DNA of 64,000 nucleotides from Chrysomallon squamiferum (GCA_012295275.1 CM022667.1:19344001-19408000); one strand, 5' to 3'. Positions 35,183 through 51,083 are shown, counted from the first letter of the stretch. Program-made: numbers and translations. The notes: generated by a model from the letters alone, not told the origin.

Positions 35183-37670
35183 CTAAATGCACTGAAACTG
35201 TGAATAAGAACACACCTGCCCAACCACTGTTCAACCATTTTCTGCAGTTCAGTTTTCCTGTTTTTCGCATCAATGTTCCAGATGTCCCAGGAATCCAGCT
35301 CCTTCTGAAGCTTCTTGTGAGGATCCACAAGACCACACTTTTCTAGTATATCCAAGGCCAGTTTCCTGAAACAGGCATCACACTTCTTGCAGAACATCGT
35401 TTTATGTGCATAAAACACAGAATTCTAATAAAGTAATATAACCACTCTGTTGAAACACAGAGACAATGATAGAAAGCTAAACATCATTATGAAACATTTA
35501 CTCTGAAAAGAAACATCTTTTCATTATGCTGTATGATTAGAAGTTTAACCAAGAATGAGATCTTAACTCTTTGACAGACAGACAGTCAGACAAACAGACA
35601 GACAGACAGACAGACTTACCTGATATCCCGGTCTCCGTCAAGGAAGTTAATCATCAGCTGACAGATGAGGTCCTTGCTTACAGGCACCAGTGTGTAGAGA
35701 GATTTTAACGCTGTCATGATCAACTCCTTCTCAACAGGCACTGTACAAGTGGGGACCTGTCCAGTGTTGAGTACTTTGATCAGAGCAGTGCACAGCTCAA
35801 ATTTGTAGGCAGGAGAAAAGAGTCCCTGTTCAAACAGTTTCATCAGAGCCTCTATAATGGCCTGCTTCGCGTTCATTGGAACAGTTTCCAGTTTGTTTAT
35901 CAACCAGGCTACAAAAATACGACTGTCCTGTTTGGCCTGCAAAAAAAAAATAATAATAATAAGAAGATAAAAGAAAGAAAAGAAAAGGAAAATAAGGAAG
36001 GAAGGCAGAAAAAAAAAAAATGAAGAAATAAGACATTGAAAAAGATTTTTGAAACACAATAACAGAAGATTTTAAAAATTAAAACTGGAATAACCAAGTT
36101 GGACACAAGAAATAAAAATAATTTGACAGATTTGATATATGATGTTTTATTAAGATTAATTATTCAGTGGGTTTTTTTTTCTGCAATCAAACATATTGCA
36201 GATTTCATATATTATTCACTAAATGAATGAAGATGAATTCAACATTTACCTGTCAATTTCTACAAAATTATTATTAATTTAACTAATCATATATTAAATA
36301 AGAGTCAAAAAAAAAACGTTACCTCTTCCGTCAGGTCATTCATCAGATCCTTAAACCAGTGGCTGTCTTTAAACTGGAGGATGTAGTCAGGGAAGGGGGA
36401 GGGTGTGGGGGTGCGGACAGTTGGAATGCTGCCAGAGGCAGAACTGCTTGCTCGTCTTCTCGGGCGGGGTTTCGGTCTGGGTGTGAGTTTCTCTACAGGT
36501 TTCAGAGGCTTCAGACCAGTTCTCGAGGACGACGTATCCAGTGATGTTCTAGAGCTGTCAGTCTGAAACCACCACAAGACAGACACCAAGTTAAAAACAG
36601 AACATACTGCTCAAACCTTAATTAACACACAAACACACACAGACACACACACAAACACACACACACACACCGAGTTAAAACAGAACATACTGCTCAAACC
36701 TTAATTAACACACACACACACACTGAGTTAAAAACTGTTCAGTACATACAGTTATAACCTTAATTAACACACACACATACACATACATATGCACACACTA
36801 AGTTAAAAACTGTTCAGTACATACTGCTATAACCTCAATTAACACACACACATACACATACATATGCACACACTCAAATACATACACATACAGACATACA
36901 TGCACTAACACACTTATACAAGCATGCTTGCATGTATACACACACAAACACACAGACACACATACATACACACACACACACACACATAAACATAACATAT
37001 ATAAAGAATGTATAAAGAACCTTCTGGAATTTGTCTTGAAAAATTAAAGAAAATGAAGAAAAGAAAAACAGAATATGGAAGGTTAGGCAAAAGAGAGAGT
37101 GAATATGAAAGAGTGAAAGGGAAACAGAGAAAGAGACATTTCTTCCACTACTTAACAATAACAAATACAAATTCTAACAAAAGATAATTTCATGCTTGAG
37201 TCATGCAAATTAACAGAATTTCTTGACTATTCCAGAAAAATAACTACAGAAAATACTTCATTCTTTTTGTTTTAATTCTAAAAATTAATCTGAATTTATC
37301 ACCAAAAAATTAAAATTTAATCATTCTTCATCTTCTTGTTCTTCTTCTTCTTATTATTATTATTTAAATTATTTCCTAATCAGCACCATTACAACATTTT
37401 CTTTTTTCTAATATGAAAATAACATTCTGGAAGAATTTCTGGAACAGTCATTGTTAATACTTACAAAGAAACATTGTTAAGTCCTTTACTATAACATACC
37501 AACCATTTAACATTACTTCAAAACTAACAATATTCAAAGTATGACTGAAAATCAAAAGGCACTGTCACAATTAAATTACAAATTTAGGATTGTGTAGATA
37601 AAGCTTAATAATTTGGAAGTATTTGTTATTTTATATATTCATGTTTGTACTGTTCATATTTTGCTGAGTA

Positions 37671-37748
<78 letters not shown>

Positions 37749-39028
37749 TACATATTTCTCTTTCTTTCTTTCTTTCAAATATACAGACACACACATCAAT
37801 ACAAAGACATATACATACCAATCTAGCCCTACTTGAAATAAAATTATGCTTACGATTTTTTGCTCTCTTAAAGTAAACTCCACTGGTAAATTCTATTTTA
37901 AATTCTAAAATCTGCTCTTCCAGTTTTAAGTCAGATCCTTGTCTCAGACAGACCTACACACACACTATTGCATTTAAAGTGAACTCTATTACTTCCGGTT
38001 TTTTTTAATCAAAAGCACTAATCATGAGAAACTCTATCAAACCATACTGTGAGTGGTACTGCTTCTGCTGCTGCTGCTGCTGCTGTTGATGGCTGTGGTG
38101 TTGGTGTCCTCTGCATGATCTCCTCAAACTTCGAAACGAGTGACGATGCTTTCCGAGACACTGGTGTCTGTGAGCCCGAAGTGCCTGAGTCGGATTTGCT
38201 GAGGGGAGACACTGGTCTTTTTTTGTGTCCTGACCAAACTCCGCCCTCACCGAGAACATCCACATCTTCATCATCCTGGACGTCAGCCTCTTCCTTCTCG
38301 TCATCATCCCAGTTGAACGCCATCACGCGCTGTGATATGTCGGTGGTGTCCTGGGTAGCAAACGTTACCGAACGTCTTAGTTTGGATGCTGTGTGATCAT
38401 CCTGAACCAAACAATTTTCATAACAAATTATTTATGAATACATACGTACCCACACCATGATGATGACCCACATGATGATGCTGATGACGATGATGATGAC
38501 ATGGCAGAATACACAAGAAGATGACAATGCTGGTGCCGATATTTGTTCATTCTCCCAATGACCATGATGTCAGCCATATTTATGACAGGGTAGTGAAAAA
38601 ATGTCTTATTTCTATTGGTATTATCATTGATGCTACTGTTGTTATCGGTGTTGATGTTAAGATTTATTTAAGATAATATAAAGTGAAATCTTTTTAAATT
38701 TTTAGTTCTTCAATTAGTATTTATTTCTGGCAGTAACAAGACAGCTGGACTGGTAATCTTGTTAAATAATAAAATTATTTAAGATCAGATTTATCTGAAT
38801 TAATTAATCAGTTCTGTTAATTTGTATTCTTATTTATTTTGAAAAACATAGTGACAATAAATATCAGGGAAGATTATCAAATACAAAACATTAAAGATTA
38901 AGTTTTTTAAAATATAAATAAATAAAAGACCTTTAGAGTATATATACAAAACTTCAGAAAACAGAGGAGAGCCTTATTACCCAAGTGGACATAACCTTCA
39001 ATACTACAGAAGTTTAAGGGTTAAATAA

Positions 39029-39074
<46 letters not shown>

Positions 39075-39548
39075 TAAAAATTAAAGATTTGGTGAACAAA
39101 AAGAGGCTTTGTGATTAACAACAAATGATTGATGAATTATAACTATGGTGAATAATCAATGGAAATTATGTGATGAACAACAGAATAATAAAACAATATT
39201 AAAATATATAAAATGAATAAATACCAATGATTAAAAACATCGAATATAACAGTAAGAGAATAAAATGAAAAAGAACGTGAAATGAACATAAAACTATTGA
39301 AAATATTAACACTTTGATATAAACTAAAAACTAAATTTCAACTATTAAAGACATGAAAATAAAATAAATTTAAAAATTAAAAGTCTTATGCTTTTACCCA
39401 TGCATACTGTGGATATGAAATGAAAAATGTAAACAGATTTAAATTTTAAATAAATAATTAATTTAAAAAGATTTTCCTTCTCTATTAGCTAAATCTGTCA
39501 TAATCCAATCATAATATTTTATATTATATGATAATTAAATTTTAAAAC

Positions 39549-39585
<37 letters not shown>

Positions 39586-40890
39586 TAATAAAAATATGTA
39601 TGTGTTTGAGTGTGTGTCTGTGTGTCTGTGTGTGAAATTAAAACAAATAACTACCTCTCTAATCTGATCAAGCTGTGAAGCAGTCAGAGTTGGGGGTTGA
39701 TATTTCTTCTGTTTCTTTTGATCATCCAGTGACTTTGCCGGCCACATCAGCTTGAGAAGGATGGAGTTGGGAATGAAGCCGCTGTAGCTGATGGGGTAGC
39801 CAGGTTGTAGAGGCTCCATCGCTGAGGAGGTTTCAGGAGGTGGAGGTCGGTGAGCAGGTATTGGTGGGAAAAATCCCATCTCTGCTTGCCCTGGTTTGTA
39901 CGGCTCCTCTGTGAAATTTATTATAACTATTATTATTTTTATTATTATACCATATTTAATTATTAAGAATTGCTATAATAAATCAATACTATCAATTGTA
40001 TTATTTATTTGAGTTGATATCAGATTTTTATAAATTACAATATAGTGTAAATAACTATTGAATATTAATTTGCTATTGGTAATCTGATTATCTGAGCTGT
40101 ACTTCTTACCTCTAGTATACTTGTCATGTGAGAGATGGATGATGATGACAGGTACATTTGTTAGTAATCTGCTTCACCCATCTACATAGAAATACTGACA
40201 TGAACAAAAGTTCAGTGCTGGCCAGTGCTAGTTCACTACTTGTCTAGTACATCATCAGTGTTTGACTGCTACTTGATCAGTACTTGACCATTACCTGATT
40301 AGTGCTTGATTAGCACATCGTGTGTTTAACTCGATCAGTGCTTGTCCATTACTTGATCAGTGCTCGACTAGTACTTGATCAATGCATGACTACTACTTGA
40401 TCAGTGCTTGACTATTACATCATCAGTGTTTGATGTGATCAGTGCTTTACTAGCACATCTTCAGTGTTGACTTGATAAGTGCTTGTCAATTACTTGATCA
40501 GTGTGACTACTACTTGATCAGTGCTTGACTATTACTTAATCAGTGCTTGATTACTACTTGGTCAGTGCTCAGCTAGTACTTGATGAATGTTTATTACTGC
40601 TTGATTAGTATTTGATCAGTGTTTGATTACAATTTGATCAGTGTTTGTTCACTATTTATTTAGTATTTAACCATTACTTGATCAGTGCTTGATTACTATT
40701 TGATCAGTAAAAGCATCCATATGTACAGAGTCTGATACTATACATTTGACAATTAAACTTAAGCACTGCTTGACCACTCTTTGATCAGTGTTAGATCATT
40801 CCTTGATCAATGCTTGACTATTACATTATCACTAGTTAGCAAGTACTTGATCACTAATGGATCGGTTCTTGACACATTTTTGAAATCCAC

Positions 40891-40933
<43 letters not shown>

Positions 40934-41155
40934 ATGTGTGTGTGTGTGTGTGTGTTTGTTTATGACTACATGCATATTTGAAATGATAAAAATAAGACAG
41001 TCTATCACCTTTTTCCTCCTCTTCTTTAGGATGTAGAATTCTTGAAATGAGTTCCTCAATGTCTTCCTCATCTTCTTCAGGTGGCAACTAAAAATAGTCT
41101 CTTGTGTTTTAACTTAGATAACATTAACATGACACACACATCTGTAAACACACTG

Positions 41156-41189
<34 letters not shown>

Positions 41190-44100
41190 CTATACTAACA
41201 TCACAGAGAGGTACAAATGTATGAAAATACACAAAGAAATACAAAACAAAAACACACAATGATACTCATACATACACAAACAAATGATAGCTATGTGATG
41301 CACAGCCAGATAAAGTAAATACCTCGATCTTCGGTTTGTCATAGAACAGCTTCATGTAGTTGAGAAAGGCTTCTGTTTTTGTTTTCTTGCTCCTGACTGG
41401 TTTGCGTGTTGGTTTTATCACTCCATCTTTTATCAGCCTGATGTCCTCCTCTCTTGCATCTATGATGCCAAATGCCTATTTCAGATAAATACACAATGAA
41501 AATGGAAACAGTTAAATTATGAAGTGAAATTGGAAAAACAACAACATGAAAATCAATTGAATTTTAATCAGGAAATAAAATATATCTTGCAGTTTAACTG
41601 GAAATTTTTACTTGTGAAAATCAAAATCATTTAGCTTACAGTTGATAATAGTAATAATAATAGACTAATTTCTTGCTATATTTACATGTACGTGTATGTA
41701 ATTTTGTTGTATATTGGTAAGTAATCTATATTTGCACATACATTACTGTATGTTGTATATATAGCATATATTAGTATGAATATCGTGTATAAACTGGTAT
41801 GTCTATATAGTATTTATTAGTATTATATTTAGTATATATTGATAGATAAATAAATTTTTATAAATGCGTATATTTGGTGTATAGTGTTGTATTATTAGTC
41901 AGTATTGTATATAATATAAATATTTAACTTTAGATATTTTGTTAACAAATGTAGTCATGATGTGAGTGTACAAATATAAACAAATGCTTACATGGTCTCT
42001 GATAATTTGTTCTTTCTTAAGTTCCATCTCCTCGTCCTCAGAGAGAATATCTGTGTAGCTGTCAAACCTGTCAACAAACCATTAACAAGAATCTGTGACA
42101 ATTCTAAATACATTCCATACACATCCAAGTGAATTAATAGTCTTTTGTGTATTTCTAATACAGTATCATTTTTATTAATTCATTTTTTTTATTATTTTTT
42201 ATTATTATTATTATTATTTTTTTTATTTTTTTTTTGTATATGTATGTGTTACAGTAAAGTCAAACAGCCTTAATTTCATACACTTTAAAGTCCTGTTTCT
42301 TTTTTTACTTTTGTATACCTGTAGTGAAGTTAAAAATAACCTTAAATGTTTTTAATATTTTGCGATTATTTTAAACTAATAGTTAATGACAATGCATTAT
42401 TGTACAAATGAATATGTGATTTCAACCAGTTGCTTATTGTTTTAGGTATTCAACTTTTGCTAATAATAAAGTGTTTCAGTAACAGAAACACCAAATCTCT
42501 TCTCTGTCATGGTAATGTTGTATGAGTCAGTTAATTATAGATGTAACAGTCTAACAATGATTTATTCATTAAAGCTGACAGAAAACAAACAATGCAATGG
42601 TTTTAAGAACACTTTTGACTCATAAGAAATTTCAAAACATTTCTAACTTGCTCTAAAGACGTTTTAGAATATTTCTAAATTACTTGAAAGAAGAGTTTAA
42701 TAACATTTCTAACTTACTTGAAAGAAGAGTTCACCAACTTTTCTGACTTACTTGAAAGAAGAGCGTGAATTCTTTAGCCTCTTCACATCATCTTTACTCA
42801 GCTGGTTCATAATTTCTTCATCATAAGGCAAAGGCTTTTCTGGCTTTTCACGAGCAAATGTCATTGACATCATCTTAAATGTGAATGCCTTAGGCATGTC
42901 TGACAAACCAAAAGTATAAATTATATTTTGTGCTGACATAACATAATTATAACCTAATTAACAGATATTTAAGACAATTATATCAGTTATTATTTAAGTA
43001 TATTTATACATACCTAATTAGCAGAATATTTACATTCTGATTATTGAACAAACTACTTATTTGAGTGTAAATTAAAGAACTAACTAAGTGGGGGGTTTGA
43101 GTTTGGTTTAAAGAATTAATTAAGTGCTTATATTCTGAGTTTGATTAAAGAATCAACTGTCTACATTGTGAGTATAGGTTAAAGAACTAATTAAGTGTCT
43201 ACATTCTGAGTTCTGATTAAAGAGTCTACTGTGTAGATTTTGTGTCTAGGTTAAAGAAGTAATTAAGTGTCTACATTTTGAGTTCTGTTAAAGAATCAAC
43301 TGTTTGCATTGTTAAAGAAGTAATTAAGTGGTTTACATTTTGAGTTCTGATTAAAGAATCAACTGTCTACCATGTGAGTATAGGTTAAAGAACTAATTCA
43401 GTGTTTACAGTTTGAGTATAGTTAAAGAAGTAATTCAGTGTTTACAATTTCAGTATAGTTAAAGAAGTAATTCAGTGTTTACAGTTTGAGTATAGTTAAA
43501 GAAGTAATTCAGTGTTTACAGTTTGAGTATAGTTAAAGAAGTAATTCAGTGTTTAAAGTTTGAGTATAGTTAAAGAAGTAATTCAGTGTTTACAGTTTGA
43601 GTATAGTTAAAGAAGTAATTCAGTGTTTACAGTTTGAGTATAGTTAAAGAAGTAATTCAGTGTTTACAGTTTGAGTATAGTTAAAGAAGTAATTCAGTGT
43701 TTACAGTTTGAGTATAGTTAAAGAAGTAATTCAGTGTTTACACTTTGAGTATAGTTAAAGAAGTAATTCAGTGTTTACAGTTTGAGTATAGTTAAAGAAG
43801 TAATTCAGTGTTTACAATTTCAGTATAGTTAAAGAAGTAATTCAGTGTTTACAAGTTTGAGTATAGTTAAAGAAGTAATTCAGTGTTTACAGTTTGAGTA
43901 TAGTTTAATTCAGTGTTTACAGTTTGAGTATAGTTAGAAGTAATTCAGTGTTTACAGTTTGAGTATAGTTAAAGAAGTAATTCAGTGTTTACAGTTTGAG
44001 TATAGTTAAAGTAATTCAGTGTTTACAGTTTCAGTATAGTTAAAGAAGTAATTCAGTGTTTACAGTTTGAGTATAGTTAAAGAAGTAATTCAGTGTTTAC

Positions 44101-44856
44101 ATTGTGAGTATAGTTAAAGAAGTAATTCAGTGTTTACATTGTGAGTATAGTTAAAGAAGTAATTCAGTGTTTACATTGTGAGTATAGTTAAAGAAGTAAT
44201 TCAGTGTTTACAATTTCAGTATATTTAAAGAAGTAATTCAGTGTTTACACTTTGAGTATAGTTAAAGAAGTAATTCAGTGTTTACAGTTTGAGTATAGTT
44301 AAAGAAGTAATTCAGTGTTTACAGTTTGAGTATAGTTAAAGAAGTAATTCAGTGTTTACAGTTTGAGTTTAGTTAAAGAAGTAATTCAGTGTTTACAGTT
44401 TGAGTATAGTTAAAAAGTAATTCAGTGTTTAATTCAGTGTTTACAGTTTGAGTATAGTTAAAGAAGTAATTCAGTGTTTACACTTTGAGTATAGTTAAAG
44501 AAGTAATTCAGTGTTTACAGTTTGAGTATAGTTAAAGAAGTAATTCAGTGTTTACAGTTTGAGTATAGTTAAAGAAGTAATTCAGTGTTTACAGTTTGAG
44601 TATAGTTAAAGAAGTAATTCAGTGTTTACAGTGAGTACAGTTAAAGAAGTAATTCAGTGTTTACATTTCGTGTATGGGATGATGAACAGATGATCTCCAG
44701 CCCCAAGAAGAAGATCTCCTTTCTGGCTGCAGAAGCCGATACTGTATGGAGTGGTGTTTAGCTTCAACACTCTGAAAAATAATATTAACCCTGTTATTGT
44801 TAAATAAATAAATAAATAAATAAATAATTAAATAAATGAATAAATGAATAAATGAA

Positions 44857-44887
<31 letters not shown>

Positions 44888-47800
44888 CAAACAAACAAAA
44901 TAAACAAAACAAACAAATAAGTTAAATAAAAGTTAATTGCATGAGTATATATATATATGAGTGTGCATATATGTGTGTGCTATCATATATTTAACTGTGT
45001 ATGGTTTATTTTATTTATGATGCTAAACATTCTGTACCTGACTAATTTGTTGGTTTCGTTCCATATTCGAATTGTTCCGTCAAGACTGCTGGTTGCAAAC
45101 AACTTCATCCGCGGACATGACGTCATCCCTGTTAGCGAGTCAGTGTGGTCATCCTGCGGCTCGTGGTCGTATCGTCCTTAAACAACATTTAAATATCTTA
45201 CTGTTTGTTTGTGAAAATACTAGACCTGCTCTAGCTCAAAATGAAAGAATAAATTAATAAATCTGAAAGGTAAGCAGATTTAGAACAAATCTTTTCTTAT
45301 AATCATCATCATTTTATTTTGTTTATTTTATTTTATTATTTTGGTTCACACATTTATTTAATTTAATAAATTAATCTCAAATGAAGTTACATGGAAATTC
45401 TGGAACCTTTCAATGGAAATTTTGAAGAATTTCTCATATTATGGTAATTATGTTAATTTACGTTTTATATTACAAATTGTCAACTACGTCAACTTTTATA
45501 AAGTGGAATTATCAAACAGTTTTCTGTTTTTAAATGAAAATCAAAATATATATAGAAAACATTGTTAGATAATTATTCTGCTAAAAAAAAATAACTGGTG
45601 TAATTAAAAATAACATTGGCAAGTCTTGATTACTGATTATTGTAATGAAATGGTTTAAAATGAAATTAGTGAAAACTAGCATTTAAATATAAATTCCAAA
45701 AGCTGTGCTTTTTTGGGGGGATAAACATGATATATATGAATACATGAATATGACTGCAAAGCACACACACACACAAATTTCAAACAGATAGCTGTATTAA
45801 GATATTAAAAAAAAGTTAAATAATATATAATATTTTATAAATAATTAAAAAGGTGCAAATTAGTATTTACAACACATATAATACATATATTCACATGAAT
45901 AACCAAACTGATACATATATATACACAAACTATTAAGTAGATGAAGCTATTTGAACCAGTGCACATTTATTAAACATTTATTGACATTCATTTCAAAACA
46001 AGCAATATATAAAAGATTATATTCCATGCATGAAGAAAGACTTTTGCAGTGGGCAGCATTGCTTCACAACTTACGGCTAAATGCATCAAGATTTTGAGAG
46101 TCTGTTCCACCAAATGCTAGAAGAAGTAAAATATGGTTAAAGCAAATCAGAACAACATGAAGCAATCAGAGATTAAAAAAATACAGCAAACCATGGAACA
46201 CAGTAATAAAGGCAGTATGATGTGATTCAGCGTTACAGATTTCAACCCAGTATACTGTATTTTATTTTTCTAAACTCTCTCCAAATTGTTTGATCAAAAC
46301 TTCAAGGAAAATGCCAAGTCAAATGACCATTTAACAGGAAAACAAAAATAACAGTTTTCTTCCAGTGACCAAGTTCCATTTCAATTTATTGTCTAATGAT
46401 CACTGTCCAGTAACCTAGCATACAATGACCTGTAACATGCATTAGACACTCTCCTGTAACACAATTAGTCACTATCCAGTAACATAAATTAGACACAGAC
46501 ATTGTCCAGTGACACAACATAAATTAGACATGGTCTAGTAACATAACATAAATTAGATAATATCCAGGAATATAACATGAATTTTAATAATGTCCAGGAA
46601 CATAACATAAATTACACTGTCCAGTAACATAAATTAGATCATTATCCAGTAACATAAATTACACTGTCCAGCTACATAAATTAGATCACTGTCTAATAAC
46701 AAATTGGATACTATCCAGTTAACATGTACACTGGGTTACATAATTAGAAGGACATCTGTCTAGCAAAGCTTCACTGGCAGACACGGATAAAGTCTCCACA
46801 AATCAGATAACATTGTCAGGAAATTCACAATCAACATATTTTAGGTTTTGGAAAAATTCTAAATATCTATGTTCACACACACAAAAAAAATTTTACATTT
46901 GGATGTATTTATTTTTATATAAAAAAAAAAAAACATATAACTGTTGATAAAAATTAAAAAGGAATTTTCTGAATGTAAGGACAAAATGTTTAGAAATACA
47001 ACTGGCAATCATAATGTCAATTTTGTCTGAAAACCCAAATAGTTTTTACAATACAAATGTTCCCAAATACAAATATTATAATATAAATTTTTAATGATTA
47101 AATGCTTTCAAATACAAATATAATAATATAAATGTTTACAATACATATATTGTAATAATATAAATGTTTACAAATATAATTATTGTAATATAAATGTTTA
47201 CAAATATTGTAATATATAAATGTTTACAAATACTAACACTGTGATATAAATGTTCACAAATACTAATATTATAATATAAATGTTTTAATAGAACAAATAA
47301 TATAAATGTTTCAAAATGTAATTTAAATGTTTACAAATATAATTATATAAATGTTTACAAATACTAACACTGTAATAGAAATGTTGACAAATACTAACAC
47401 TGTAATATAAATGTTAACAAATAAAAATACTGTAAGTGTTTATAACTGTAAAAGATAAAGGAGTTTACAAACCCATTCCAGCAGAAATAAGCTGATCACA
47501 ACATGAGTTGGCTATCATACTGAGCACACCTCTAGATCCATGAGCCTGTATAGACAGTTGTAAATACCAAAACATTAACAAATCAGATTTATGATGGTGA
47601 TGATAAACAACATAGCAAATTGACTATAATTAGTAACAGTAATAACAGCATTAAAAAAACAAAAAAAAACAACAACAACATGTTCATTAAACTTTTTAAT
47701 AAATTTTGGTTTTCAACATGGTTAGATAGATTTTATATATATATATATATATATAAATCTTTCATACATATTTAACCAAAAACAAATGAAGAAGATTACA

Positions 47801-50800
47801 AATGAATTCAATCAAACAAAAAAAACACAAAAAAAACAAAACAACAATAAAGTATATGTACAAAATGAACAAATTTCCTACCTCAACTTTAAAATCAACT
47901 TCTCCAGTGTCCCAGTTAAATACACTAATGTAGCCATCTTTTCTCCCTCCAAGCAGGAGAGTTCTGTTCTGAGGGTGCAGTGGGAGTGATCTGCCCATCT
48001 GTACAATGCTTTTGGTGGCAACACCACGCTTCGTTGCAGACCAGATATCATGCTCTGACAGACTGTCTACCACATACTCATATACCAGCAGACAGTTACA
48101 CACCTCTGTTAATTAAACAGATCACAGTAAGATCAACTAGCTAAGCCCCTACATCGACTAGTCATATCTCAAGTCTCACTAGCTACTTTCCTAGGCTGAC
48201 TAGTTATATGTTGAGCAACTACAGTTAAATTTTCTAGACTGATAGATTTGTTGAGCAACTACAGTTAAATTTTCTAGACTGACTAATTATATTTGAAGAA
48301 GGACTGCAGTTAAATTTCTAGACTGAGTAGTCATATTTGTTGAGCAACTACAGTTAAGTATCTAGATTGTCTACTTATATTTGTTGAGCAACTACAGTTA
48401 AATCTCTAGATTGTCTGTTTATATTTGTAGACTAACTGCAGCTACATTTTTAGACTGACTAGTTATATCTGTTAAATATCTTGATATATTTTAAAATAGG
48501 ATATATTTGTAGAGTTGCTACTTAAGATGTCTAGATCAGCTAATTAATATTTAACTAGATTTCAAGACTAGCTTGCTATATCTCTACATCAACTTGCTAA
48601 TTTCTATATCTGCAAGTAATACATTAAAATAAGGCAGATAAATTTATTCATTAGCTAACTAGAATTCTAGATAATTTCTATTGAGCTTGATATTGTCTAC
48701 ATATGCATATTTAATTTCTAACTAAACTAGCTATATTTGTTGATCTGCTGTTTAGAATTCTATTTAACTAGTTAATTTAAAATATCTTTTAATTTACAAA
48801 ATAAACATTTTAAATTTCTGGATCAGTTTTTTACATTTCAGAATCAGCTGGTTAATTTTTTTCTTTGGCTAGTAACATTTTTAATTAAATTTCTAACAGC
48901 TATATTTCAGTCATTTATTTTTCTACATATTTGCGTTTTAAACTATAGAAAAGAAGACTGCAGAAAGATTTTTGTAAAAAAAATTAAAGAAGTAAGCATA
49001 ATATGTATTACTTGAAAATAAAAATAGTTATTAATTTTTTTTATATCCTTGCTACATACAAGCTGTTTAAGTTAAAAATCATATTCATTATAAATAAAAA
49101 AAAAAAAACATTTTCAAAAAATAACAAAATTAAATTTACAGTGGATTACTGATTATGAATTTAAAAAAATTAAAATAAAATTAAAATTAAAAATTGAAAA
49201 TAAATAAAAAACAGACTTATCAACTTCATTCACAAGCAAACATACTTGTTAACAAAAAACAGCAGTTGTTAGGGAAAAGAAGCATGCAAACTACAGTTAA
49301 AGAAGGAAGGAAGGGAAGTAACTCTAACATGTTTACTGATTATCTGCAAGGTAAGCAGGGTGTGAGTTTGGGAAGCAGTACAACTATTTTCTAAAAGCAG
49401 AAACACAGTCTAGTCGAGATGAAACTGTCTGGTGATGTATGAGTAAATAGAGACAAACCACAAACACATCATGTCTGAGTGCAACAAAACCAGCACTCAC
49501 TGTGTGCCACAGAACACTGACAGAAGCAGCACACACTGAGTGCTGTAGCACATTTTAACACAGTCAGCATGTTGTGTGTTCTGTGCACACAACGTACTGA
49601 CAACAAGAAAATAACAACAACCATATTATGTACATACGTATGTGTATACTTTGAATCAGATGAATGAACATATGTACATACTTATATGTATACTTACAAT
49701 GTGCTGCAACAGTATACTGAAGTATGTGTTGAATGAATATGATGTATATATATACAGTGAGTACACTGTAGTATCTGTTGAATGCATATTACATACACAC
49801 TTGTGTGTGTATTTTCAATGGGATATATAATAACATACAAGTATGGTTTGGAATGAGTTGAATGAATATTATGTACATACTTACAATGTGTATACTTACA
49901 ATGTGTTACATAATAACAGCATACAGTGAATATACTGCAGTATGTGTTGAAAGAATATCATGTACATACTTATGTGTATATGTACAATGTGCTACATAAT
50001 AACAGCATACAATGAGTATACTGAATGAATATTATGTACAAACATATGTGTCTATTTACAATGGGCTACATACTAATAACATACAATGAGTTATACTGTG
50101 GAATGTGATGAATGAATATTATGTACATAGTAATGTGTGTATTATTTGCAATGTGCTACATAATAATAGTATGCAGTGAGTATATTGTAAAATATGTGTT
50201 GAATGAATTAACAGTTTTAAGTTTTAATTAATTTCAGTACATGATATGCTCAGTGTTGTTTGGTTTCCTAAAGAATATCAAATGTCCAAACCATAAATAA
50301 TGGCTCCATCCAAAAAAAAAAAAAACCCCAAAACAATATTGTTTTTTGTTATACAAGAATAACACAAGGTAACTGAACAGTAGAGTAATATGTACATACT
50401 ATGTATTTACATATGTATGTAACAAGCAACATAAAAGGAGCATGATACATACAGTCTATGTGTATTGAGAATTAATTCACGTGAAGTAATACATAAACAC
50501 TCAAACCCAACACATAGTGTATTATATCACAAATAATCACTCAGGTCAGTACAACACAACTATCAATACAGAATATTAACAAACACCTGACAGCAGTTAA
50601 ACATATTATTATCCAACAATTATTAGAATAAACACACACACTGAACATGTTCAGTATTATATATGTAATGGAAGGGCTTCTTAAAACTGTTTTAAAAATG
50701 TAAAAGATCAGATATTTTCATATTAAAGATTGATTTTAATTTTCATATACATTAATTCCATTTATATCCTTGTCACTATTACATTCAATTTTTATAATAA

Positions 50801-51031
50801 ATTTGTAAAAAAAGTTTTAAAAAAAATAAATAAATAAACATGTAACCAATTAATAAACAACAATTCCAAATTAAAAACAAAAACAAAAGAACAATAATTT
50901 GGGACAAAAACCAGCATAAGTGCACTCTAGAATTGTAGATGTAAGTAAATATACACAACACAACACAGACATGCACACAAGCATGTGCACACAAAAAAGT
51001 TACATTCACACATACACATGCATACAAATGT

Positions 51032-51083
<52 letters not shown>

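Noticed and set aside
40110-40181. AG...GTAAGA-bounded 72-nt segment in a WDR97 intron
   Set aside because: It has stop codons in all three frames, and the flanking exons already join in phase without it.
43390-44664. 37-bp repeat of CRISPR-repeat length
   Set aside because: Units are contiguous without spacers, so it is an intronic minisatellite.
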